Shown here piece after piece: positions 1 through 30,123 of a stretch of 64,000 nt of DNA (its first letter is position 1; each line of letters opens with the position of its first letter). Source of the DNA: the human T2T-CHM13v2.0 reference genome, Homo sapiens. Location: NCBI RefSeq assembly GCF_009914755.1, contig NC_060925.1. One strand, written 5' to 3'. The notes below the pieces were generated by a model. That model worked only from the letters and a program-made list of their open reading frames with translations. It ran no database searches and was not told the origin of the DNA. Both the position numbers and the translations under genes were made by a program.

Positions 1-892
1 GGATAGACAGGAGTTATGTATCAGTCAGGGTACCAGCAGGAAGGAGAAGGCATCTTCAGCTAGATTTGAAGATCTGGGAAGGGTAAAGGAAGTCATTAAG
101 AGATGTTGAATATCCAGGGATGAATGACAGTGGGAAGCCTTAGGCCTGAAGGGACAAGGAGAAGATGTAACATTCACTGAATCCAGCGGGAGCTGGAGCT
201 GTGGATAAGGGCCCCTGGCAGAGCCACAGTTGTGGAGAAGGCAGCCCCCACTGGAGCAGAATGGAAACAGAGGAAGGAATATCCCAATTACTTTAGTCTC
301 CAGCTTCCTATTCCTGATTCCTCTCATTAGCTAAACTCAACCAGAAGCCAGAGGCCAAGGTGCCCCAAGGCACAGAACAAGGCAGAGAATGGATGGGGGG
401 GTTGGGGGAGGAGTCAGCAAACAGTTGGAAAAAAGAGATTTAGGAGTTGCACAGAAATGACAACTCAAGCCATGGGAGTGGGTGAGGTCACTCAGGGAGA
501 GAAATTAGAGAGAAAGAAGAGGACCTAAGACAAGACTTGAGGGAATGCTGTATGGGCAGAATGGGTGAGCTCTTCCCTCCCCATTATAAAGGGTCACAGA
601 GAAAAGCATAACAGATTCATTACTGCACACCTGTGCAAGGGAGTCATACAAGATATTAACTCAAAGGAGGGCCAGAGGGTTGAGGTTTAAATATTCTCTT
701 CACTGGGGAAAAGATGGATGGAGGGCTGGTTGTTGGAGTCAATTATTTTCAGGATAAATGAATAAGCCCAAAGAACAATGGTCTGGGACCAAGTTTCTCC
801 AGGCTCTGAGGGAGGTGGCCACACAGAGTGATGGGAGAGTGAAAGAAGAAAGCAAGAAAAGGTTATCTTATTCTGCAGATGAAAATATATCA

Positions 893-1180
<288 letters not shown>

Positions 1181-1358
1181 TCAAAAATAAATAATAAAAA
1201 TAAATAAATTTTCATTTAGAATTTGTACACGAGGTTCATGTAAATTTCATTAATGTGAATCAGTATCCACAAATTGTATCAGTTCTGAGATATTGACAAG
1301 TTCACATTTCTTTTCTTTTTTTTTTTTTTTTTCTGTGAGACGGAGTCTCACTCTGTAG

Positions 1359-1592
<234 letters not shown>

Positions 1593-1684
1593 TGAGCCAC
1601 CATGGCCAGCCACAAATTCACATTTCTAAGCCTGCAAAATTCGGACCTTGACCCTGAACTGTGGTGAATTCATCAAGATCATGA

Positions 1685-1939
<255 letters not shown>

Positions 1940-2495
1940 TGATCTCCAACTCCTGACCTCAGGTGATCTGCCCACTTCGGCCTCCCAGAGTGCTGAGATT
2001 ACAGGCGTGAGCCACCGCACCCAGCCCAGTCCTTTGCAATGCTACCCCACCCAGCACCATCCCTGTCCATCCAACCAACATCATGGCTTTTCTCATTTAA
2101 AATTTGCATTTGAAAATTCTGTAGATGGTTGTTTGGCTTTCCCCCACCCCTCCAGCAGCTCTTGGCTGCTCAGGCAAAGAACAGGAGAGTGGTAGGATTG
2201 ACTTAGGTTTGGGTGCTACAGAAAGACAAGGATCAGGTATATTTCCAGCTCATCACAACCCCCTCTCTTGGAAAGCTTTCCCTACCCCATATCATCCCTC
2301 AGGACTTTACCTGCCATATATGCATTCAATGACCAGCATTGGTCACAGTGATTGGACCAAAGCAGGACATTTGACCCAGGTTAGGCCAATTAGTTTCCCT
2401 TTCCTAAAAATTTGCAACTGGGGCAGAAAAACCCTACTCTGTCTCTTCTTTTTGGTGAAACTAAAAGTAGTAAACCTGGGAACTCCATAGAGTTC

Positions 2496-3140
2496 TGAAA
2501 CTGCTTTTGCAAAAATTATAACAGTGAGAAAATTATGACAGTGAAAGAGAACTGACCTAAACAATTTCATCTTGCCTTTAACCTCCAAACTGCTCTTGGT
2601 CATTCCTGGACATGGGCCAAACTAACTTTGGGAGAAATGTATAGTTTAAATGTTAACAGCTCTTGCCAAAACTAAAATGAAAGGCCACCAGGTTAGGAGG
2701 ATGAGGGGGCCTGAATTCCATTAAGATATAGGCTTCCTTAAAGGATTACTAGCCATTGTTCCAGAGGTCCCAAGATTTATAACTTCCCCAATTACTCTTG
2801 TAAATAACGTCACTATTGTAGAACCTAGGATTGGCCTTTTAAGATGCTTTTCAGACTTTCGTATTTCTGACCAGAAGATGATTCCAGCAGGATCAGACCC
2901 TCTGTGGCCTCCACCTGGAAGCGAATTCGGCACAAGAAGACTGGTTTCCACACAGTTATGATTGCATCCCCAAACAATCAGCAGCACCCATTCCCTAGCC
3001 CCCTGCCTGCCAAATTATCCTTGAAAAACTCTAGCCTATGAATTTTCAGGGAGATTGATCTGAGTAATAATAAAACTCCAGACTTCCATTTAGTCAGCTC
3101 TATGTGTATTAAACTCTTTCCCTATTGCAATTCCCGTCTT
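2496..3140 (+). mobile_element. LTR8-family ERV1 LTR, 3'-truncated
   Basis: Starts TGAAACTGCTTTTGCAAAAATTATAACAGTGAG, a typical LTR8 start, and has AATAATAAAACTCC near the 3' end. The terminal ..TTACA is missing. Confidence 0.75.
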
Positions 3141-3246
3141 TTATTTTATTTATTTCTTCAGCCACCACACCTGGCCAAAGATAGGGCCTTTAAAGAAGTA
3201 ATTAGGCTGGGTGCAGTGGCTCATGCCTGTAATCCTGGCACTTTCA

Positions 3247-3599
<353 letters not shown>

Positions 3600-3805
3600 C
3601 TAGGACTGGTGTCCTTGTAAGAAGAAGAGACGGCCAGGCACCGTGGCTCACGCCTGTAATCCCAACACATTGGGAGGCCAAGGCAAGCAGATCACCTGAT
3701 GTCAGGAGTTGGAGACCAGTCTGGTCAACATGGTGAAACCATCTCTACTAAAAATACAAAAATTAGCCGGTCGTGGTTGTGGGCACCTGTAATCCTAGCT
3801 ACTCA

Positions 3806-4162
<357 letters not shown>

Positions 4163-4262
4163 TTAAAAAATTTGCCTTTACATCAGCAATATGAGAGGTT
4201 CCTTTTTCTCCACAGCCCCTCCAGTGATAGGTACTACAGATCTTCTTAATATCTGCAGGTCT

Positions 4263-4690
4263 ACCCAAATGTCCATCAATCAGCAAGTGGATAAGGAAAC
4301 TGTGGTATATATAGATATAGATACGATGGAATACTACTCAGCAATAAAAAGGAATGAATTAATGGCATTCACAGCGACCTGGAGGAGACTGGAGACTATT
4401 ATTCTAAGTGAAGTAACTCAGGAATGGAAAACCAAACGTCGTATGTTCTCACATATAAGTGGGAGCTAAGCTATGAGGATGCAAAAGCATAAGAATGACA
4501 CAGTGGACTTTAGGGACTCAAGGGGAAAGGCTGGGAAGTGGGTGAGGGATAAAAGACAAATTGTGTGCAGTGTTTACTGCTCAGGTAATGGGTGCACCAA
4601 AATCTCACAAATCACCACTAAAGAACTTATTCATGTAACCAAACACTTGTTCCTCCTTAACTTATGTAAATAAAACATTTAAAAAAAATC
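4263..4690 (+). mobile_element. L1PB-type LINE-1 3' end, 5'-truncated
   Basis: ORF2 C-terminal residues ([38 protein letters not shown]), 3'UTR and A-tail. Target-site duplication ATCTGCAGGTCT (4251) / ATCTGCATGTCT (4985). Confidence 0.85.
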
Positions 4691-5370
4691 TGGCTGGGCG
4701 TGGTGGCTCACACCTGTAACCCCAGCACTTTAGGAGGCCAAGGCAGGTGGATCACAAGGTTGGGAGATCGAGACCATCCTGGCTAACACGGTGAAACCCC
4801 GTCTCTACTAAAAATACAAAAAAAAATTAGCCAGGAGTGGTGGCGAGTGGCTGTCGTCCCAGCTACTCTGGAGGCTGAGGCAGCAGAATGGTGTGAACCC
4901 GGGAGGCGGAGCTTTCAGTGAGCCGAGATGGCGCCACTGCACTCCAGCCTGGGTGACAGAGCGAGACTCCGTCTCAAAAAAAAAATCTGCATGTCTGATG
5001 GGTGTAAAGTAGAATCACATTGAAGTTTTCTTGGTTTTGTGGGGTTTTTGTTGTTGTTGTTGTTTTAGAATTGAGATCTTGCTCTATCACCCAGGCTGAA
5101 GGGAGATATACCATCATGGATCACTGCAGACTCAGTCTCCTGGGTTCAAGTGATTCTCCTGAGTAGCTGGGACTAAACGCTTATGGCACCATGCCTGGCT
5201 AATTTTTTTAAAAAATTTTAAGATCACTTGAGGCCAGGAGCTCGAGACCAGCCTAGCCAACATTGTGAAACGCCATCTTTACCAAAAACATAAAAATTAG
5301 CTAGACAGGCCGGGCACTGTGGCTCACGCCTGTAATCCCAGCACTTTGGGAGGCTGAGGTGGGTGAATCA

Positions 5371-5834
<464 letters not shown>

Positions 5835-6042
5835 TCAAGGAATCCCCCCCACTGGGCCTCTCAATGTGCTGGGATTACAGGTGTGAGCCACAGTGCCTTG
5901 CCTCAACGAATTTTAATTTACATTTCTCTGACTAATGTGAGAGTTTGAACACCTCCTCAAATGGTTGCAAGCCATTACAAGTTTTCACAATTTTATGTTT
6001 ATACCTGCCTTTGATTTACAACTTGATTTTTCAAATTTGTGT

Positions 6043-6141
6043 AAGGCTAGTGAAGTGAAGCGGTGGGAGTGGAAAAGGACAAGTAAATCTATAACTGGTT
6101 GTGATCAATTAGTTGTGAACACCACTTCACTCACACCAGCC
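6043..6141 (-). pseudogene. Y3 RNA (RNY3) pseudogene
   Basis: Reverse complement GGCTGGTGTGAGTGAAGTGGTGTTCACAACTAATTGATCACAACCAGTTATAGATTT...CCACTCCCACCGCTTCACTTCACTAGCCTT is colinear with full-length hY3. Confidence 0.93.
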
Positions 6142-7083
6142 TCAATTTGATACAATGTTTTATTCTGTTTGTTCTAAGTGGGGAGCAGAGATTATTATCA
6201 CTGAGTGATAAGACTGATGGGGTACTAGGGAATTATTCTGCACTGGGAAGATTTTACTCCATGGGTCATTTCTCTTAGTTCAAGTAGTCCAAGTATATTC
6301 CACAAATTCTAGTCTCATTAGCTAATCTTTGAAAGCAAGGTTCTTGTTTGAGTAACTATAGAAAATGCTGTATATCATAACGCTGCCTTATAAAATCACA
6401 GCACATGTCAGCGTCATGAAGTCTCTAACCTTCTAAGAAGTCCTTCAACAAACAAGTCTGTTCAATGTTGCTTCACCTAGCACTTCCCAAACTTGTCTGA
6501 CTTCTTTTCTTTTCTTTTTTTTTTTTTGAGACAGAGTCTCGCTCTGTCGCCCAGGCTGGAGTGCAGTGGCGCGATCTCGGCTCACTGCAAGCTCAGCCTC
6601 GCAGTCTCACGCCATTCTCCTGCCTCAGCCTCCCAAGTAGCCTGGGATTACAGGCTCCCACCGCCACGCCCGGCTAATTTTTTTTGTATTTTTAGTAGAG
6701 ACGGGTTTCACCGTGTTAGCCAGGATGTTCTCAATCTCCTGACCTCAGATGATCCGCCCACCTTGGCCTCCCAAAGTGCTGGGATTACAGGCATGGGCTA
6801 CCACGCCCGGCCAACTTCTTTCTTGCACACTTGCTGTAATGCCTGGTGACTGGTTCATCCCACAAAATTAGGAGTGCCTTCTCACAATAGCTTTGGAAAC
6901 TAAATAGGATATTTCTTGCCAAATTTACTTTAAAAATAAATGTACCGTTGTTTAAGAAAATCATACCAGGCCGGTGCGTTGGCTCACAGCTGTAATCCTA
7001 GCACTTTGGGAGGCCGAGGTGGGCAGATCACCAGGTCAGGAGTTCAAGACCAGCCTGGCCAACATAGTGAAACCCTATCTCTA

Positions 7084-7323
<240 letters not shown>

Positions 7324-7560
7324 TCACCTTAGGTCAGGAATTCCAGATCAGCCTGGCCAACATGGTGAAATCCCATCTCTACTAAAAATACAAAAAATTA
7401 GCCGGCATGGTGGCAGGCATCTGTAATCCCAGCTACTCAGGAGGGTGAGGCAGGAGAATTGCTTGAACCCGGGAGGCAGAGGTTGCAGTGAGCCGAGATT
7501 GCACCACTACACTCTCCAGCCTGGGTGACAGAGCGAGACTCTTGTCTCAAAAATAAATAA

Positions 7561-7603
7561 ATACATACATACATACATACATACATACATACATACATAC
7601 ATA
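7561..7603 (+). repeat. (ATAC)n microsatellite in an Alu tail
   Basis: About 10 perfect ATAC units. Confidence 0.9.
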
Positions 7604-7642
7604 AAAATTTTTTTAAAAAATAAAAAAAATCTTACCAGTTAA

Positions 7643-7970
<328 letters not shown>

Positions 7971-8300
7971 TGAAAATACAAAAATTAGCCAAGTGTGGTG
8001 GCACACACCTGTAATTCCAGCTACTCAGGAGCCTGAGGCAGGAGAATTGCTTGTACCAGGGAGGTGGAGGTTGCAGTGAGAGATCGCACCACTTCACTCC
8101 AGCCTGGGAGACAGAGCGAGACTGTCTCAAAAAAAAAAAAAAAAGAAAAAAAGACTGAGATACAACAAGGTCTCTTAAATGTTCTTGGCAATCTACTATT
8201 GTCTAAGAATTTTTATTTTTTTGTACCGACGGGGGTCTTGCTTTGTTGCCCAGGCTGGTCTCAAACTCCTGGCCTCAAGAGATCCTTATGCCTCAGCCTC

Positions 8301-8984
8301 AGAAACCACCTTTGCAAAATTATGACTCAGATAGTGAAAGAGATCTAACTTAACTGATTCCATCTTACTTCTAACCTCCAAGCTGTCCTTGTTCATTCCT
8401 GGGCATAGGCTGAACTAACTTTGAGATAAACTTAGTTTATAGTTTAAACAAAGGTGGTAACAGCCCTTTCCCGAAGCAGACCTCCTTCTTGCCTGGGCAC
8501 TACATTGCCTTTGTAGGATTAATATTAGCCACAAGATTAGAAATGATAGTTTAGGAGTCATGCAGCTGGAAGCTACAAGATTCTGACCTTCCCTAAACTG
8601 CTCCTAAGGTCAGTGCTTGAGATATTTTGCAGACCCCACAATTGATGGATCAGCTGGCACCACCCAGCTCAATAAACTGGCTCATCTGATCTTGTGGCCC
8701 CCACCCAGGAACTGACTCAGCACAAGAAAAGAGCTTCGACTCCCTGTGATTTCATCTCTGACCAATTAGCACTCCTAGCTCACTGGCTTCCCCCTACCTG
8801 CCAAGATATCCTTGAAAACTCTGCTCCCTGAGTGCTAGGGGAGATTGATTTGAATAATAATAAAACTCCAGTCTCCCTCACAGCCGGCTCTGCGTGAACT
8901 ACTCTTTCTCTGTGGCAATACCCCTGTCTTAATGAGTTGGCTCTGTCTAGGCAGCAGGCAAGGTGAACCCCTTGGGCAGTTACA
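8301..8984 (+). mobile_element. Complete solo LTR8 inserted into an Alu monomer
   Basis: AGAAACCACCTTTGCAAAATTATG...GGGCAGTTACA with 4-bp flanks CCTC/TCTC. The host Alu rejoins as GCCTCAGCCTC|CCAAAGTGCTG. Confidence 0.8.
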
Positions 8985-9396
8985 TCTCCCAAAGTGCTGA
9001 GATTACAGGCATAAGCCATGGCACGTGGCCTCTAAGAATTTGTTGAAGCTCTGTCTTTTTTTGTTGTTGTTAATAACATTTTTATTTAATAAGAGGAGTC
9101 TTGCTCTGTTGGCCGGGCTGGTCTCGAACTCCTGGCCTCAAGCAATCTTCCCAAAGTGCTAGGATTACAGGTATAAGCCACCACACCTACCCTGAAACTC
9201 TGCCTTGATTATATCTTGAAAGGAGACACTGCCCTTATCTTCTATCAACAGATTGTTCAAAAATTAAATGATTTCTATTCTATATTTGGGCAAGCTTGTG
9301 TTTGAAGAAGCAAAAAAAAAAAAAAAAAAAAAAACTCCACTGGCCGGTAGTGGTGGCTCACGCCTCTAATCCCAGCACTTTGGGGGGATCACCTTA

Positions 9397-9819
<423 letters not shown>

Positions 9820-10097
9820 TCAGCATCTTAGTGTCCTCAAATAAATTAAGCCTAATAATCTAATAATTTTTCTTTGCATGAGACTCTGGGCTTGTGTGTT
9901 TTTATATGTCAAGTTCAATTGCAATTATTTTATTTTATTTATTTTTTGAGGTAAAGTCTTGCTCTGCCTCCCAGGCTGGAGTGCAGTGGTACAATCACGG
10001 CTCACTGCAGCCTTGACCTCCCAGGTTCAAAGTGATCCTCCCACCTCAGCCTCCTGGGTAGCTGGAACCTCATGTGCACTCCACCACACACCTGGCT

Positions 10098-10131
<34 letters not shown>

Positions 10132-11001
10132 TAGAGACAGGGCCTCCCTGTATTACCCTGGTCTAGAACTCCTGGGCTCAAGCAATCCTCCTGCCTTGGC
10201 CTCCCCAAGTGCTAGGATTACAGGCATGAGCCACCATGCCTGGTCTTGTTTTATTTTTCATTTACTGTAAAGACAGGGTTGTTTTTTGTTTTTTTGTTTT
10301 TTTTTTTTTTTGAGACGGAGTCTCGCTCTGTCACCCAGGCTGGAGTGCAGTGGCGCAATCCTGGCTCACTGCAAGCTCCGCCTCCCGCGTTGACGCCATT
10401 CTCCTGCCTCAGCCTTTCAAGTAGCGCCACCGCTCCCGGCTAATTTTTTTTGTATTTTTTTTTTAGTAGAGACGGGATTTCACCGTGTTAGCCAGGATGG
10501 TCTTGATCTCCTGACCTCGTGATCCACCCACCTCTGCCTCCCAAAGTGCTGGGATTACAGGCGTGAGCCACCGCACCCGGCTTAAGACAGGGTCTCACTA
10601 TGTTGCCTAGGCTGGACTCGAATTCCTGGACTCAAGGGATCCTCCTGCTCATCCTCCTGATTACCTGTGACTACAAGCATGTGTCCCCACAGCCAGCTAA
10701 ATTGCAATGATTTTTGTTAACTGTGAATTCCATATTCTCTGAAGAAGAAATTGATAATTATTGTTCATTTGTTTAAACATTTTAATTAAAGAACTAAGGA
10801 ACATTGAGCTGCAGAACATTCCTATTCTGCCTGATGTACTCTCATTCTTGCCCACCTATTCACTTTAATTCCCTAGATATTCTCTCACCTGAATGAGCTT
10901 GAAATTTAATCTATCTCACCTTCAAAAAGAGAAGCTTTTTTTCCAAACCATAGACCTGTTTGATATTTTTTCCACCTCAAGGTCATTTAGGTTCCTCCTT
11001 A

Positions 11002-11376
<375 letters not shown>

Positions 11377-12289
11377 TTATGAATCCTAACATATAGAGAG
11401 ATTAAGTAATTCTAGCTAATGGGTGCACAGTTTGGCTTTGAACTCAGGTAATCTGGTACCAGATTCTGCCTCTCCTCTCTGTCACCCACGCTGGAGTGCA
11501 GTAGCATGATCTCAGCTCACTGCAACCTCCACCTCCTGGGCTCCAGGTATCTTCCCGCATAGCCTCACGAGTAGCTGGGACTACAGGTGCGTGCCACCAC
11601 GGGGCTTTTTGTGTGTGTGTGTGTGACGGAGTCTCGCTCTGTCGCCCAGGCTGGAGTGCAGTGGCACTGATCTTGGCTCACTGCAAGCTCCACCTCCCAA
11701 GTTCATGCCGTTCTCCTTCCTCAGCCTCCTGAGTAACTGGGACTACAGGCACCCGCCACCACGCCCGGCTAATTTTTTTTTTTTTTTTTTTTTTTTTGTA
11801 TTTTTAGTAGAGACGAGTTTTCACAGTGTTAGCAAGGATGGTCTCGATCTCCTGACCTTGTGATCCGCCAGCCTCAGCCTCCCAAAGTGCCGGGATTACA
11901 GACGTGAGCCACCACGCCCAGCCAATTTTTGTATTTTTTTTTTAGAGACTGGATTTCGCCATGTCACCCAGGCTAGGTACAGCTTGCTTTTTTTTTTTTT
12001 TTCCCCAAAATGGAGTCTTGCTCTGTCGCCCAGAGGTGGAGTGCAATGGCGCAATCTCAGCTCCCTGCAACCTCCACCTCACGGGTTCAAGAGATTCTTG
12101 TGCCTCAGCCTCCTGAATAGCTGGAATTACAGGCACCCGCCACCAGGCCCATCTAACTTTTGTATTTTTAGTAGAGATGGGGTTTCGCCATGTTGAGCAG
12201 GCTGGTCTCAAACTCCTGACCTCAGGTGATATGCCTGCCTCAGCCTCCCAAAGTGCTGGAATTACAAGCTTCAGCCACTGAGCCTGGCC

Positions 12290-12785
12290 TGGTTCTCTTC
12301 TTATAAAGACACCAGTCAAGTCTGTGCACATTGGCTCATGCTTGTAATCCCAGCACTTTGGGAGGCCGAGGCAGGCGGATCACCTGAAGTCAGGGGTTTG
12401 AGACCAGCCTGACCAGCAGAGTGAAACCCAGTCTCTACTAAAAATACAAAAATTAGCTGGGTGTGGTGGCAGGTGCCTGTAATCCCAGCTACTCGGGAGG
12501 CTGAGGCAGGAGAATCATTTGATCCCAGGAGGCAGAGGTTTCAGTGAGCCAAAATATCATGCCACTGCACTCCAGCCTGGGTGACAAAGCTAGACTCAGT
12601 CTCAGAAAAAAAAAAAAAGAAAAAAAAAAGACACCAATCATATTGAGCTATGGCCCACCCTAATGAACTCACTTTGCCTTAATTACCCCCTTAAATGCCA
12701 TACGTTCAAATGTAGTCACATTCTGAGACACTAAGGGTTAGGATTTCAACACACAAATTTTGGAGGGACATATTAAGCCCATGAA
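12290..12785 (-). mobile_element. MLT1-type MaLR LTR fragment split by an Alu
   Basis: CTTCTTATAAAGACACCAGTCA..GGCCCACCCTAATGA..AGTCACATTCTGAG..GGGTTAGGATTTCAAC are typical MLT1 motifs. Confidence 0.65.
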
Positions 12786-12827
12786 AAGATTATCCTCTTC
12801 TTCCTCTACGGTTGTACATATGATACG

Positions 12828-14514
<1,687 letters not shown>

Positions 14515-15251
14515 TATGTTGCTAGTAAATATATCATTTTAGCCATGGGTTTTAAGATCTGGAGCTGATTGGAAATATTGGACATCCCCTAGAGATTCTG
14601 TACTCAGAGCTGGATGCAGTAACTAGAGGTAATTTTCGATGTGAATGTGCTTGAAGTTGTATGCAGTATAATCCTAACATCAGAGCAAGACCCTATCTCA
14701 AAAAAAACAACAAAAAAAGGATATTATGTAGCTTATAAAATAAATGGGTGGGCTGAAGAACCACATTCTGAGCTACATAATGAGAAAGAGCCAAAACCAC
14801 ATTGCAGAACTGGTCTGATGACAAGACACCACTGCCATGATTGAAGAGCTCCAGATATGCCGCTTGTGCCAATGATACCGTGACCATCAGATACTGGACT
14901 GATCACTACCCCACAGTCACTGCTTTTCCAGGAAGCGATCCTCCTGAAGCCAACTTTTCCAGCAAGCTTTGAGGCAGATGTGGCTGACTGGCAGAGCCCA
15001 GTCCACATGCCAGTGCTCTAGCTGCAAGACAGGTGGAAAAAGTGTACCTAGTACTTTCAGCTTCTGTAGGGGATGGTAAGCCCTGTATCTCTGACTCATC
15101 GCCTGATGAAATTCCCTAAATGAACGAAAGAGGGTGGCCGGGCGCCGTGGCTCACGCCTGTAATCCCAACACTTTGGGAGGCCGAGGCGGGTGGATCACG
15201 AGGTCAGGAGATCGAGACCATCCTGGCTAACACAGTGAAACCCCGTCTCTA

Positions 15252-15455
<204 letters not shown>

Positions 15456-16012
15456 TTAGAGTGCTATGGACCCAGCATACATGTCGTGTCCCTACACCCA
15501 TAACCGTCAAGACGACCCCTGTAAGGGACATTAACTTTGGATTAGTGCCAGTGTATCTCACAAAGCCTACTGCAAACAAGTTTTACACATTTTAATAATC
15601 TATACTTAGTCGGGGTTATTGAATGAAGGTTGGTTTAAGATAGGCATAAGTTCTCACCAAGAAAACTGTTGCCTCTGCCACATCGGAAAACTGGGAAATT
15701 AGTAAGCTATTGTTCCAACTGTTGGCTCCAGGAACACATTAACTTAGCCAGGATCTGGGCAACAAGAAGCCACTGCCAGAGCTTTTGGTACCAGAGCTGT
15801 GACTTACTGAATCCTCCCATGCAACTTCATTTTATCCCCCACTTTAACTCAGTTCCAGATCAAGCCCCTTAGGCCTGTATCTGATTGGGAAACTTAAAAC
15901 ACATCCAGAGACTAAGTTTAAAGGAAGTCTAAGTTCCAGGCGGTGGCTTATACCTGTAATCCCAGCACTTTGGGAGCCCAAGCTGGGGGGATCACCTGAG
16001 GTCAGGAGTTCA

Positions 16013-16338
<326 letters not shown>

Positions 16339-16391
16339 TTATTAGAGAAATGCAAATCAAAACCACAATGAGATGCCACTTCACACCACTG

Positions 16392-17258
<867 letters not shown>

Positions 17259-17854
17259 TATTAACTTCTGTGGCAAAAGATGTAATTTAATTAAGGATCT
17301 TGAGATGGAGTGTTTATCCTGAATTATCCGAGTGAGTCTTAAATACAATCACAGTATCTTTATGAGGGAGGCAGAGGGAGATTTGATACAGACAGAGGAG
17401 GAAGAGGCAATGTGACCACAGAGGCATTGAGGAAGACGCAACGTGACTACCATCTCTGGCTGAACAACTAAGTTGTGTGGAACTCAATGGTGGATCCTTG
17501 CCAATCAGGATACAGTAACAGCTCTAGTGTCTGAATAGCAATTGCCATCATCATTCCCCACCCCAACCCATAGGTGCTTATCCATTACTCCCTGCCAAAA
17601 CCACTGCTTCAGTGTCCTGACATAGTTCATCTCTGTCCTTGCCCCTACTTTTACCTCTTGCATCTACTTGTAGCTTCTCTCTCTATTTTCCTTCTAAATT
17701 CCTCTTGATCTCTTCTTTTGTCTAGATGCAACTATCTCATGGCTTCTGCTTACTACCTTTTCTTTCTGTGTCTCTACTGCTATTTCATTGACAGTCAAAT
17801 ACGTTAAAAAAAGGGTATGTTTAGTTTGGTCAAGCACTTCCTTTTGTTTTTTGA

Positions 17855-18094
<240 letters not shown>

Positions 18095-18340
18095 TAGACC
18101 ACCTTATACTGTTTAGATTCCATTTAATGAATTCAAAAGAGTTATGTAATACTTACTTATTTTAAAATGTTGATGTTTACAATATGCTGGAAATTCTATT
18201 CTTTGTAATATTTAATCTTAAGGTTGAAAAATTTAAATGTCAACTTAAAAATATGCAAGGGAGTACACAATTTTTCAGAATTGTTTTAGAGGATATGCAA
18301 CCAAAACAGTTGGCTCCTTGCCCAACCTCTTTCTTTGCTA

Positions 18341-18637
<297 letters not shown>

Positions 18638-18652
18638 TCAAAAAACGTCTCA

Positions 18653-19121
<469 letters not shown>

Positions 19122-19184
19122 TCATAAGAAGAGTTATGCTAAGCAGTTGAAATGCAGTATCTTGGTTAATTCTGACAATTAACC

Positions 19185-19330
19185 TGTGATGCAGGTTCAT
19201 TTTACAGGTGAGGAAACTGAGGCTTAGAGAGGTTGTGAATAGATTAGGGTTACACAATGCTGGGCATAACAGAGCTGAGATTTGAACCTGCATCTGCCTG
19301 ATCCCATGTCTGTGTTTTAACTGTATCATT
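19185..19330 (+). mobile_element. MIR SINE
   Basis: Core CATTTTACAGGTGAGGAAACTGAGGCTTAGAGAGGTT...GATTTGAACC. Confidence 0.8.
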
Positions 19331-20398
19331 GTGCTATTTGGCAGAGAGAAGAAAGGCTTCCTGTCTCTCATCTCTGGGACTGGCAGTGGCTGCACCAGCG
19401 ACAGCCAGCAGCAGTGGCTGGCAGATCCACACCAGCAGAGACGAAGCTGAGCAACAGCTCTGGAGTGATGGCAAGAAGACCCAAGGCACTGTGGTACCTG
19501 TTGTCAACACTCAGATTCTGTAACCTGTATCAGAGGAAGATGGAGTGACCTCTGGTGGCCTAAGAAAAGCCACCACCATGCCCATACCATGTGGAGAGCT
19601 AGGAAGGGAGGTCTCTACTGTCTTGTCCTGTCTTAGTGGGTACAACTGTGGTTTGTCAGGAAAAGGTGGCTGGCAGGGGGAACAGTTGCTACTACCTCGT
19701 TGTTCTGCCTTTGCTCTGTGATCCTTTGACACTCATGGCATTCAGTTATACCTCTCTTTTTCTACCTTTAATTTGTCATCCTCTGCCAACTCTCTATTCA
19801 CGCTCCCTCAAAAGTAACACAGTATATTGGCTAAGTTCATGGACTCCAAAGTTGGACTTTTTTTTTTTTTTTGAGACAGAGTCTCACTCTGTCGCCTAAG
19901 CTGGAGTGCAATGGCGCAATCTCGGCTCACTGCAACCTGCCTCCACCTCCTAGGTTCAAGCGATTCTCCTGCTTCAGCCTCCCGAGTACCTGGGACTACA
20001 GGCATGTGCCACCACACCCGGCTAATTTTTTATTTTTAGTAGAGACGGAGTTTCACCATGTCGGTCAGGCTGGTCTCGAACTCCTGACCCCAGGTGATCC
20101 GTCTGCCTCGGTCTCCCAAAGTGCTGGGATTACAGGCGTGAGCCACAGTGCCCGGCCCAAACTTGGACTTTTTTAATCCTCACCCCATTCCTTACTACTG
20201 TATAGTCTTGGATGAATTACAGAAACTCCCCATTCCTTAGTTTTCTCTTTCAAATTCTACCATGCAAATCTGCATGACTCGCCGGGCGCGGTGACTCAAG
20301 CCTGTAATCCCAGCACTTTGGGAGGCCGAGGCGGGAGGATCACGAGGTCAGGAGATCAAGACCATCCTGGCTAACACGGTGAAACCCCATCTCTACTA

Positions 20399-20575
<177 letters not shown>

Positions 20576-20960
20576 TCATGACTTTAATCCATTCTTGTTA
20601 ATAGCTGCATAAAATATACCATAATTCATGAAATCACTACTTGAATAATGAAATTCTCTTTAATCTCAGTGTTCAGCTACTGCGAATGATAGCTAATAAA
20701 CATGCTTATAGATATATTCCAGCACTTTTCTTTTATAGGATACCTGCCCTGAAGTGGGATTTGTAGATGAAACAATATATTTTCATTTTTAATAACTGAT
20801 GCTGGAGTGTACTCCCAAAAGGCTGTAACAGTTTACAGCAATATATAATAAGATCTCTTTTTGTGCAATTTCACCAGTAATAAATGTTATCTGAACTTTT
20901 AAACTTTCACAGGCTGATAAGTAAAAGCGATGTTTCATTGTTACTTTAACTTGAATTTAG

Positions 20961-21173
<213 letters not shown>

Positions 21174-21418
21174 TGAGTAGCTGGGATTATAGGCTTGCGC
21201 CGCTGCACCCAGCTAATTTTTGTATTTTTAGTAGAGACGGGGTTTCACCACGTTGGCCAGGATGGTCTCGATCTCCTGACCTCGTGATCCGCCCACCTCA
21301 GCCTCCCAAAGTGCTGGGATTATAGGTGTGAGCCACTGCACCTGGCCTCTATTGCATTTTTACCTCAGAGATGTTGTTTGTTTACAAATTTATTTAAAAG
21401 GTTTTATTTCATCAAGTA

Positions 21419-30123
<8,705 letters not shown>

